Source: a virus (lineage: Duplodnaviria; Heunggongvirae; Uroviricota; Caudoviricetes). From it: a stretch of 64,000 bases of DNA. Positions 17,110 to 24,400 of the stretch are shown piece after piece; the first letter of the stretch is position 1, and the number at the start of each line of letters is the position of its first letter. The DNA lies in the IMG/VR virus record IMGVR_UViG_3300033075_001617, positions 13,560 to 77,559 of that record; one strand, given 5' to 3'. The position numbers and the translations under genes are program-made. The notes beneath the pieces were generated by a model, which saw only the letters and a program-made list of their open reading frames with translations, made no database searches and was not told where the DNA came from.

Positions 17110-17185
17110 CACGCGCTGATCGAATCGAACGATCCCACGGGAATTTGGAGTTCCCGTCGCCTTTATCCTTGGAACATTAGCGCGC
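17110..17185 (-). tRNA. tRNA-like gene with CCA anticodon loop and non-canonical D region
   Basis: Acceptor GCGCGCT/AGCGCGT (7/7 with one G-U), anticodon arm ACGGGAA-CTCCAAA-TTCCCGT, T-arm GATCG-TTCGATT-CGATC. D-arm not foldable canonically. Confidence 0.4.
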
Positions 17186-17689
17186 ATGTACTTTTGATTC
17201 CTCCTTTGATACGAACGGGGTCAGCGCGCTCTGAGGAACAAAGAACGCGTGCCTTTCATTGCCGGATGGGTCGGACCAGTACTTCTGCTGCTTACCATCC
17301 GACCCCTTGATGAAGCCTCTTATCGCGAACGTCGGCGCTTTTCCCGTGAGCAAGAAGAAGAGCGCGTCGTCGCTGTCCTTCTCGTGCAATATCAATCGCC
17401 CGGTGTTGTATGATGTGGACCTGCATTCGATGCGCAGGTCCGGCATGTTCACATCTGAGGCCTTCAGGTCACCCATGTTGCCGTTGTAGAAGCATCCAAG
17501 CGCCTTGGCCAGCACCATCTCCGCGCATGCCCCCTCGATGTGGACTCCCCATCCATCCATTGTTTCGGCGCCGTACGCGTCCTTGAGCCCATTGCCCAAG
17601 TTATGCATCTGACGCATGATGCCGTACTGTACTCCGATAAAGAACTCTGTCTTGCTCAATGTGATCTTCATATTGCAAAGATAGCACAT
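17177..17689 (-). CDS. hypothetical protein
   Basis: 170-aa ORF between tRNA-like genes. Its last codons overlap the tRNA-like element at 17110-17185. Confidence 0.45.
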   Translation of the reverse strand: MCYLCNMKITLSKTEFFIGVQYGIMRQMHNLGNGLKDAYGAETMDGWGVHIEGACAEMVLAKALGCFYNGNMGDLKASDVNMPDLRIECRSTSYNTGRLILHEKDSDDALFFLLTGKAPTFAIRGFIKGSDGKQQKYWSDPSGNERHAFFVPQSALTPFVSKEESKVHAR

Positions 17690-17698
17690 CGATTGTAG

Positions 17699-17803
17699 CA
17701 GGCCTGACAGGAGTTGAACCTGTACATCGGCAGAGAGCGGTACCTCAGTCTGCCGAAAGGAAATTTGGAGTCTCCTCGTCTCGCCACGTGAACTAGCTGG
17801 CCT
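17699..17803 (-). tRNA. tRNA-like gene with CCA anticodon loop and a 35-nt extended variable region
   Basis: Acceptor AGGCCAG/CAGGCCT (6/7), anticodon arm GGAGA-CTCCAAA-TTTCC, variable region containing hairpin GGCAGA...TCTGCC, T-arm ACAGG-TTCAACT-CCTGT. 105 nt. Confidence 0.4.
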
Positions 17804-17809
17804 GTATTG

Positions 17810-17888
17810 TACCCCCGACAGGATTCGAACCCGCGTCTTCCGCTCCGCTACAGATAACCGCTTAGAAGGCGGAACTGGCTAAGGGGGC
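17810..17888 (-). tRNA. tRNA-like gene, candidate anticodon TCT, atypical D region
   Basis: Acceptor GCCCCCT/CGGGGGT, T-arm GCGGG-TTCGAAT-CCTGT, stem-loop CCGC-CTTCTAA-GCGG. Only a 9-nt connector lies where the D-arm should be. Confidence 0.35.
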
Positions 17889-18245
17889 ATGGCGATGTGA
17901 GGGATGGGTCAGAATTTTTAAGACCTCGGTCCGCATTGGCCTTCGCCCATGCTCTTGTCGCCGTCCCCATTTCACATCATTGCACAGACGGTGGCAATCG
18001 AAACCACTCGCGAAGATTTTGGAGATCCCGCCGACACCAAGCCTGTCGTCTGTATGGCGGAGAGCACAGCATCGAAGCTGATACGGCTCATCACCGTACG
18101 ACGCGCTTAGCAGGCGGTCCCCAGCTACCTGCCGGGCTTACTCTCCATTGAATTCTGCGGAAGACAGCGTACTCGAAACGCAGTCGCTTTCACGACCTCA
18201 ACGCTTTCCAAGCGTGACCAATCCCTGACTGGTTTGTCTTCCAAA

Positions 18246-18968
18246 TTACAACACGACTTTCAATCCCATATTTTTCAGATCAGTACCCATCAGAACCTTG
18301 AGTGGAAATGGGAATTCTTCCCACTTAGCCAGATCCTGTTCCGTCTTGTATCCCTTGATCTCAACATAGCAATTCTCATCTATCAAAAAGAAGTCTGGAT
18401 AATATGTCCTCTTATCGCCGTTCCACGCATAAGAGAATCCAGTTGTGTTCGCTTTCCATCTTACTCCATTAGCATCCAACCACTTCACGTATTCTAGCTC
18501 ATATGAGCTTCGCACATATACTTTACCAGCTATGTGGCTGTTATACCATTGTTTCACTCCCCGTCCACTGCCTTCCCTCATTCCTCCAGCCTTAGGATTG
18601 CCCTTCATTGCCTTGCTGATGTTTCTTCTTCTTTTCTCTTCGGCCTCCTCAGTATTGGCACAACCAACAGGAAACCCTCTGAGTATTCTAGTTTCTATTG
18701 CCTTTTTACCATTCTCTATCCACCTAGAATCTCCTTTGAACTTCTTTCCCTTATTCCATGGCGTCTTATCAGCTTCAGCATATCCAGCGGTATTATGAAA
18801 TTGTACACCACAGAATTTTCCCTTCTTAGCCGCAGAGTCCTTACTTCTTTTTGCTGTACAAGAATTTGGTGACTTGCTGCACCCATTACCACCATTGGCA
18901 TAATGAAACAATGCTGGCAGTCCACATCCGTAATCACATAACAATTTATCCATTGTACAACATAACAC
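18246..18968 (-). mobile_element. homing-endonuclease-like gene (Zn-ribbon + PD-(D/E)XK nuclease) inserted in the tRNA cluster
   Basis: Cys-rich N-terminus (CDYGCG...C..C) and C-terminal YYPDFFLIDENCYVEIKG fitting a PD...E-x-K nuclease motif. Free-standing gene between tRNA genes. Confidence 0.5.
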
Positions 18969-19013
18969 AATGGACTTTGTAAATCAAGTCTAGCTCATCA
19001 AACCAGTATTGAG

Positions 19014-19099
19014 CGGAGGCTACTGGACTCGAACCAGTACATCGGGATCAACCGATCTCATAGTTTTCGAAACTACGTACCGCTCCTTTGGGAGCCTCC
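19014..19099 (-). tRNA. tRNA-Ser (anticodon CGA), type II
   Basis: Acceptor GGAGGCT/AGCCTCC perfect, D-loop contains AGCGG, anticodon arm GTAGT-TTCGAAA-ACTAT, variable arm ATCGG-TTGA-CCGAT, T-arm ACTGG-TTCGAGT-CCAGT, discriminator G. Confidence 0.55.
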
Positions 19100-19104
19100 A
19101 ATTG

Positions 19105-19333
19105 TCCTCTGAACGGGAATCGAACCCGCACATCCCATTGCAAATTGAACTCGGAAACGCGCTTCCCTACGGACCCCACGGCCTTTCGGTGCTTCTGCAA
19201 CCATACGCTCAATACCCCATACCGTACTTGCTCAGGCGAAGCCCTCATCGCTTTCCGTAACAGGTCTTCGGGACCATGTTCACCACATGCCACCTTTCGT
19301 TTTACGTGTGCTCTTCCGTTGAGCTATCAGAGG
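19105..19333 (-). tRNA. interrupted tRNA-like gene: 5' half and 3' half separated by ~165 nt
   Basis: 5' half CCTCTGA-TA-GCTC-AACGGAA-GAGC at 19333-19310 and 3' half GCGGG-TTCGATT-CCCGT-TCAGAGG-A at 19129-19105 have perfectly complementary 7-bp acceptor strands. Neither half has its own partner nearby. Confidence 0.4.
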
Positions 19334-19412
19334 AATACTGCGAGCGGACAGGCCCATGATTTGTGACCTTTGGCTTTAATACGGGGACGGTCATGCCGTA
19401 ACCTACCTGCTC

Positions 19413-19489
19413 TGGTGATCCCGGCAAGGCTCGAACTTGCGACTGTCAGATTAGAAATCTGATACTCTGTCCAACTGAGTTACGGGACC
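19413..19489 (-). tRNA. tRNA-Arg (anticodon TCT), CCA encoded
   Basis: Acceptor GGTCCCG/CGGGATC, D-arm ACTC-AGTTGGACA-GAGT, anticodon arm TCAGA-TTTCTAA-TCTGA (perfect), T-arm GCAAG-TTCGAGC-CTTGC, followed by A-CCA. Confidence 0.8.
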
Positions 19490-19516
19490 AATCTTACTTA
19501 ACTGAAGCAAAGATAG

Positions 19517-20107
19517 TCAATGGACCTTCGGCCAAGAGGAGACCAGCACGAATTGCTGTCCGTAGTGCTCGTGGGCGGGATTGTCAGCGCGATAGACGGT
19601 GTATCCGGAGAACCCGATATCATCGAAGGCCTGCTTGGCGTCAATGGGAAGCGTGTAGTCCCAGAACGGGCCGCGCCCATGACGCTCATCTATCTTGTGC
19701 CTGCGGATGTAGTCGTCCACGAAGTTGGCCACTTCTTCGGCGTCGAATGTCATGTCGATGTCCATATCCTCCTTCATCGGCGTTTCGGCCGGAAGATACC
19801 AGAACTCCACCACCACGCAGTCCTTCCACATTCCCTTCTTGGTGTTCCTCGCCTTGACCTTGCGGTAGCCCTTGAACCCGATGTGGTCGAAGTACTCCGC
19901 TGCTGCCAAGGGCAGGTAGTAGTCCTGCGCCTTGCCGTAGCGGGAAGAACTGAAGAGCATGTTCTCCTTGATGTACTGGCTCACCAACTCGATGGTGGTA
20001 TCGCTCAGGACATCCGGGTCATCGTCCGATGTCATCTTTCCTTCATCTCCAACTGTGATGGTCTCCAATAAGCGACGCACCAGACTCCTCAGGTCCTTCA
20101 TGACCAT
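19517..20107 (-). CDS. hypothetical protein
   Basis: ORF trimmed to Met MVMKDLRSL... so that it starts 10 nt downstream of tRNA-Ser(TGA) instead of overlapping it. Confidence 0.5.
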   Translation of the reverse strand: MVMKDLRSLVRRLLETITVGDEGKMTSDDDPDVLSDTTIELVSQYIKENMLFSSSRYGKAQDYYLPLAAAEYFDHIGFKGYRKVKARNTKKGMWKDCVVVEFWYLPAETPMKEDMDIDMTFDAEEVANFVDDYIRRHKIDERHGRGPFWDYTLPIDAKQAFDDIGFSGYTVYRADNPAHEHYGQQFVLVSSWPKVH

Positions 20108-20116
20108 AAATAGCTG

Positions 20117-20205
20117 AGGAAGGTGTGGGATTTGAACCCACGGATCGCTTGCGCGACCTTCCGCTTTCAAGGCGAATACAATAAGCCGGACTCTGCCAAC
20201 CTTCC
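20117..20205 (-). tRNA. tRNA-Ser (anticodon TGA), type II
   Basis: Acceptor GGAAGGT/ACCTTCC perfect, anticodon arm TTCGC-CTTGAAA-GCGGA, variable arm GGTCGC-GCAA-GCGATC, T-arm GTGGG-TTCAAAT-CCCAC. 89 nt. Confidence 0.6.
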
Positions 20206-20295
20206 ATGACGGGGCAGGAGCCATTCTCCCACCCCGGTTATTCACGATCCAACATGTCAATGAACGACTCCCTTCCTCACCACCGACCGCCACAA

Positions 20296-20331
20296 AAGAC
20301 GAAGGCCTCGAATCTTGCGATCGAGGCCTTC
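20296..20331 (-). terminator. 13-bp hairpin followed by CTTTTG on the minus strand (terminator-like)
   Basis: acgaaggcctcga...tcgaggccttcgt with a T-run only in the minus orientation. Function ambiguous because it lies upstream of the tRNA-Ser gene. Confidence 0.3.
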
Positions 20332-20645
20332 GTCTGGATGAGAACTGTCCTGTTCGTCACCAAGCATACCCCGCTCGCCCGTGGCTCCTAGACCACGACC
20401 AACTTGAGGATCTCGATGACTTCAGCGTCTTCATGTGACTGTAAATAGCGTCTGTTTTGCTCTTAGACGTCGACAAAGGTAGAAAAGTTTCCTCCACTAC
20501 CAAATTTTCTTGTCAAGGGTCGCCATGCGGATCAAGAAAGCACCCACCCCACCACCCTAGATGCTGCTGGATCCAATAATATGACATTGGTGAACTCCGA
20601 GTCCAGCGACTTCAGCACGACGGTTGCTCCGTAACCGAACCTCTA

Positions 20646-21164
20646 TTGAAGCGCGATGGGCCCCTAACTTGGGGCCCATCGCTATTTATGGACATGCTCA
20701 CCGAAGCCCAACGACAGCGCCTACAGAAACTCGCTGGCATCGACACCAACATCAACGATGCCTTCCGCGTGTGGTTTGGCAACAGCAAAGCCGTGACGGC
20801 GTCGGGAGAGCCTCAGGTGGTGCATCATGGGACCGCCACCAAGTTCCGCAAGTTCAATCCCAAGAAGGCCACCATGGGCGGCATCTTCTGGTTCACGTCC
20901 GACAAAGGAACCATTGAGCGCGGGGAATCCGGGGCCCAAGGCATCAAGCACATCATGGACTTGTACGTCTCGATCCAGAACCCCGCTGGCTGGGAGGAAT
21001 ACGAGAAGTTCGGGCTTGGCGAACTGAAAAACCGAGGCTACGATGGAGCCTTGCTGCCGAACAAGGATGGCAGCTTTGATGGCTTCGTCTTCGACCCCAA
21101 CCAACTCAAGAGCGTCGCCAATGATGGTTCGTGGGACCTCGACGACGACAACATCAGGTCCTGA
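20646..21164 (+). CDS. hypothetical protein (weak ADP-ribosyltransferase-like H/S/E pattern)
   Basis: Plus-strand ORF. VVHHGT, FWFTSDK and EEYEKF resemble the H-S-E pattern of ADP-ribosyltransferases. True start probably at MDMLTEAQ (20691). Confidence 0.4.
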   Translation: MKRDGPLTWGPSLFMDMLTEAQRQRLQKLAGIDTNINDAFRVWFGNSKAVTASGEPQVVHHGTATKFRKFNPKKATMGGIFWFTSDKGTIERGESGAQGIKHIMDLYVSIQNPAGWEEYEKFGLGELKNRGYDGALLPNKDGSFDGFVFDPNQLKSVANDGSWDLDDDNIRS

Positions 21165-21447
21165 CGTTCCACGGGGCGTCGATAAACCATCCTCTTTCTT
21201 GTCCCGCCCTCTGTCGGGTATTCAAGTGTTCCTTCAGGCTAAATTCGGTGATGCCGTACATCAGGATCGCCAGAGGAATGTCCAATGCCAGCACCACCCA
21301 CGCGAGAGGGTGCCAGAGGTTGATGTGCGAGTTCCATCGTCCGTCCTCCATGTATGGATGGACCACCAACAGCAACAGCAAGGCGCGGCCTAGCCATCCC
21401 ATCTGGTCCCAGCAGTGCTTCTTGCTGTAGTGCGGTTTGTAGATCAT
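21154..21447 (-). CDS. small membrane protein
   Basis: 97 aa, three predicted TM helices. Confidence 0.4.
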   Translation of the reverse strand: MIYKPHYSKKHCWDQMGWLGRALLLLLVVHPYMEDGRWNSHINLWHPLAWVVLALDIPLAILMYGITEFSLKEHLNTRQRAGQERGWFIDAPWNVRT

Positions 21448-21450
21448 GGT

Positions 21451-21717
21451 TCAGTTGAGGCACACCTTGTAGGTACCAGTAGAATCCACCATCAGCCCGG
21501 CGTACCGGTACTGCAAAAGCATCTGCGGCGGGAATGCATGGGCATGCCGCTTTCCATCCTCTCCCTTCCATACCGCTACTACGTTCTTCTCGCCAAGTCC
21601 GGCGACCATCATGGGTTTACTGGGACTTCCCTTGAGAAACACCTGCTCTCCCATCTTGAAGTCCTTGGGCTTCTTGTGTATCACTTCGTACTGCCACTGT
21701 GGCGCATCGTCTTTCAT
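21451..21717 (-). CDS. hypothetical small protein
   Basis: C-terminal part of a longer ORF. The N-terminal Arg/His-rich stretch is unlikely to be coding. Confidence 0.3.
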   Translation of the reverse strand: MKDDAPQWQYEVIHKKPKDFKMGEQVFLKGSPSKPMMVAGLGEKNVVAVWKGEDGKRHAHAFPPQMLLQYRYAGLMVDSTGTYKVCLN

Positions 21718-21734
21718 CCTACTCAAATAGAAGT

Positions 21735-21965
21735 CTACAGTATTATCTCTTCGGCATCCGGATAGAGAATGACGATGTGCGAACGGGCCGCCTCGATCGT
21801 GTCGTAACCCTTGGTGGCGTAACGCTCGGTCCATGCCATATTGCCGCCGTCGTCGATGGACTGCTCCAGCCTCACCCCATGGAAGAGGCCTGTCAGGTCG
21901 TTCGTCATGATGCACATCATGGACTGCCCACCATTTGCGTTGGCCATGTACTTCATTTCTTGAAG
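21735..21965 (-). CDS. hypothetical small protein
   Basis: Trimmed to internal Met MKYMANANGG. Confidence 0.3.
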   Translation of the reverse strand, partial: LQEMKYMANANGGQSMMCIMTNDLTGLFHGVRLEQSIDDGGNMAWTERYATKGYDTIEAARSHIVILYPDAEEIIL

Positions 21966-22150
21966 GCGAAGTACATGCCGCGCAGCAGGATGCTCACCAC
22001 CACCAATAGCGGTATGTAGGATACGGTGCGCAGGAAACCGTTGGTGGCGTTGTTGTACATCACCGCGAACAGCACCATGCAAATGACTGATACGATGTAG
22101 GGGTTCTTGAGGTATTTCATGGTTGTTGTCGATATTCGCATTTGGTACAA
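21953..22150 (-). CDS. small membrane protein
   Basis: 65 aa, two TM helices. Confidence 0.35.
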   Translation of the reverse strand: MYQMRISTTTMKYLKNPYIVSVICMVLFAVMYNNATNGFLRTVSYIPLLVVVSILLRGMYFAFKK

Positions 22151-22341
22151 TAAAGCATCTTCTCGCTATAGTAGGCGGTCTCTTTCAGGTCATGCACACA
22201 CTTGATCTGCTTGAGAAGCTTTGCTTGATCGTGCAGACGTTCCTTATCGTGAAAGGACAGTTCACTCCACCACTTCTCCATCTCTACTTTCTTGTTGGCG
22301 GTGTACAGCTTGTACTCGGCCTCGCTCAAAACGTGCATCAT
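22117..22341 (-). CDS. hypothetical small protein
   Basis: 74 aa. Contains a C-x-x-C motif. Confidence 0.4.
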   Translation of the reverse strand: MMHVLSEAEYKLYTANKKVEMEKWWSELSFHDKERLHDQAKLLKQIKCVHDLKETAYYSEKMLYCTKCEYRQQP

Positions 22342-22529
22342 TGGTCTTCTGTGTAGGGTTCATATTGCGCCATGAAGATGCCCACTAGGATCACAAGCAG
22401 AGTGCTGTAGGTCCAAGCAATGGCGGTGGAGAACGCGATGATGACCCATATGGCCAAGGTCACCTCCGCTATCCACGATGCGATGCCGACGTAAATGAGC
22501 GCCCATCCTATGCGGTTAATCGTGCTCAT
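22338..22529 (-). CDS. small membrane protein
   Basis: 63 aa, two TM helices. 4-nt overlap with the upstream gene. Confidence 0.4.
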   Translation of the reverse strand: MSTINRIGWALIYVGIASWIAEVTLAIWVIIAFSTAIAWTYSTLLVILVGIFMAQYEPYTEDQ

Positions 22530-23013
22530 AGCTTTCCACCGTTATCGTCCCATCTTTGGACACGGTGATCTGCGCGTGGTCGCCGAAGACATCCTTGTAT
22601 ATCTCGTCCGGAATGACGCTCATGGCCTCTTGCATGTTCTTCACCACGTTCTTGTCGGCTTCGCTCCAAGCCTCATCGCGGAACAGGGTGGATGAATACT
22701 GGCCATTGATGTCGAGGTATCTGTAGTTGGCGCTGAACTCGCAGGTATCCCCATCGTTGAACCATGGGGTATACTGGTTCCACGATATCGATTGTATCCT
22801 GTCCGACATGTTCATGAGCGGCATGATCAGCGATGGGAACTCCACCCGTACGTCGTTGACCAACTTCTCGCGCAGAAGTTTGAACTCCTCCACTTTCTGG
22901 AGGAACCTGCCCTTGATGTTGTCCTGAACGAGCTTCTCCCGTTCGTTCTTCAGGGCATTGATGCGGCGGTAGACCTCGTTAAGCCGTTGTGTTACTTCCT
23001 GTTCCTGTTCCAT
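22516..23013 (-). CDS. hypothetical protein
   Basis: 165 aa with a coiled-coil N-terminus. Confidence 0.5.
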   Translation of the reverse strand: MEQEQEVTQRLNEVYRRINALKNEREKLVQDNIKGRFLQKVEEFKLLREKLVNDVRVEFPSLIMPLMNMSDRIQSISWNQYTPWFNDGDTCEFSANYRYLDINGQYSSTLFRDEAWSEADKNVVKNMQEAMSVIPDEIYKDVFGDHAQITVSKDGTITVESYEHD

Positions 23014-23176
23014 TGCTCTCTTTTTTCATTATCGCTATGAGCAGCATGACATCCGCTATGGCCTTGTTGTACCCCGTGACGTACTCGCTGATCATCTTAT
23101 CCTGCAAGGACACGGACTGACGTGGCGGCTTCTTCAGCAGCGCCATGATACCCTCCTTGAGTTGTCCGATGGTCAT
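22979..23176 (-). CDS. hypothetical small protein
   Basis: 65 aa. Confidence 0.35.
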   Translation of the reverse strand: MTIGQLKEGIMALLKKPPRQSVSLQDKMISEYVTGYNKAIADVMLLIAIMKKESNGTGTGSNTTA

Positions 23177-23565
23177 GCGAACTTCAGGGTCACATTCTCG
23201 CAGACGTCTTTACGACTCTGCTTCATGTACTGGTATTGCTCTTCACGGCTGGGAGCGAAGTCCTTGGCGCGTATGTCGTGCTTGATCTCATTGAAGTCGG
23301 CATCAATGAGCACCAGTGACGCATTATCGTAGTCGTAGCCCTCATCATCATACATGCCATTGAGCCGCAGCACCGCCAGTTTGATGGGGTGTACGCTACC
23401 ATAGCGCGATAGGATGGTCTTGCGGAGCTTATCGCGCATGCCGTCCTCTCCCCATTTGTCGTCCTTGATCTCGCGGAGCCGGGCCTCAAGCTGATCTCGC
23501 TCCTCATGTAGCTGGGATAGTTCTTGGTCTATCTCCAAGAGTCTTTCATCTATGTTCATGGTCAA
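23173..23565 (-). CDS. hypothetical protein, paralogue family B member 1
   Basis: Coiled-coil N-terminus followed by RYGSVHPIKLAVLRLNGMYDDEGYDYDNASLVLIDADFNEIKHDI, which aligns with 23562-23948. Confidence 0.5.
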   Translation of the reverse strand: MTMNIDERLLEIDQELSQLHEERDQLEARLREIKDDKWGEDGMRDKLRKTILSRYGSVHPIKLAVLRLNGMYDDEGYDYDNASLVLIDADFNEIKHDIRAKDFAPSREEQYQYMKQSRKDVCENVTLKFA

Positions 23566-23948
23566 AAATTGATGGTTATGTTCTCTACGTACGGTTCTTC
23601 ATCGAACTGCTCGTAGTATTCGTATTGTTCGTCGGAGTCCGGCACGAACTGCTCCACATCGATGTTGTGGTCCACCACGCGGAAGGACGAATCCACGAGC
23701 GTGAGCGATGGATTGTACGTATTGTACTCGTCATTGTACTCGCTATTGGAGCGGAAGACCGCTACCTTGATATTGTGGCCCGCGCCGAATGCCCGCTGTA
23801 TGGCGGTCCTCAGCTTGGCCTCTATCGTGGCGGGCTTCCACATGTCGATGGCCTTACGCTTCTCCATAAGGTCAGCCCTCTTCGCGTGGAGGTCGCCTAT
23901 TTCCTCTTCTATCGCTAGAAGGCGGTCGCGTATTTCATCCTTTGTCAT
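23562..23948 (-). CDS. hypothetical protein, paralogue family B member 2
   Basis: RAFGAGHNIKVAVFRSNSEYNDEYNTYNPSLTLVDSSFRVVDHNI aligns with the neighbouring gene. Confidence 0.5.
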   Translation of the reverse strand: MTKDEIRDRLLAIEEEIGDLHAKRADLMEKRKAIDMWKPATIEAKLRTAIQRAFGAGHNIKVAVFRSNSEYNDEYNTYNPSLTLVDSSFRVVDHNIDVEQFVPDSDEQYEYYEQFDEEPYVENITINF

Positions 23949-23949
23949 A

Positions 23950-24360
23950 TCAGTCCTTGAATTGATGTACCTGCACTTTGTTCAACTCCGGATACAGCTT
24001 CTCGGCCGATGGCGGCACTCCCATTCCATTCTGCATCCACTGCTTGTATTCCATCTCCTGTATGAAATCCTGCGGCGTGGGAATGAACTTCATACGGTAG
24101 TCCTCCAATATGTGCTGCTCGCAGATGTCCTTCACCGAGGCCTTCTTGCCGGTTGACAGCGTGATATAATCCCCATAGATTGGTATCATAACTTCGTTGA
24201 TCCAAAACATGGTATGACTTATACATCTGTGCCGGTTATCGGGCACTACGGCCTTTGTGCAGTCCATCTTCTTGTGTAGCACTAAGAACTGCTGGAAGTC
24301 CTCATCTGTCTCTCCTTTGAACTTCTTCATGGAGGATTCCGCATGCTTGATAGGATTCAT
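23950..24360 (-). CDS. hypothetical protein
   Basis: 136-aa ORF. Confidence 0.5.
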   Translation of the reverse strand: MNPIKHAESSMKKFKGETDEDFQQFLVLHKKMDCTKAVVPDNRHRCISHTMFWINEVMIPIYGDYITLSTGKKASVKDICEQHILEDYRMKFIPTPQDFIQEMEYKQWMQNGMGVPPSAEKLYPELNKVQVHQFKD

Positions 24361-24400
24361 TGCGCCATAACGAATTATGACGCAAGTATACGAAGAAAAC

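Noticed and set aside
19134-19300. Insertions in the interrupted tRNAs considered as group I introns
   Set aside because: Too short (75-165 nt). They are located after the anticodon arm rather than in the anticodon loop. No P7 (AGACUA), GAAAC or other conserved core elements were seen. Kept only as an open possibility.
19009-19366. Track ORFs 19009..19260(+), 19048..19293(-), 19088..19366(+) over the second tRNA cluster
   Set aside because: Overlap tRNA structures and each other. No coding signal.
14912-20205. Plus-strand reading of the tRNA genes
   Set aside because: In plus orientation the T-loops read GATTCGAA or GATCGAA rather than TTCGAAT or TTCGATC, and the anticodon loops lose U33/R37. 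Minus strand is consistent for all of them.
20296-20331. 13-bp hairpin as a definite transcription terminator
   Set aside because: The T-run is only on the minus strand and there is no upstream minus-strand gene. Could equally be a processing or regulatory hairpin. Listed with low confidence.
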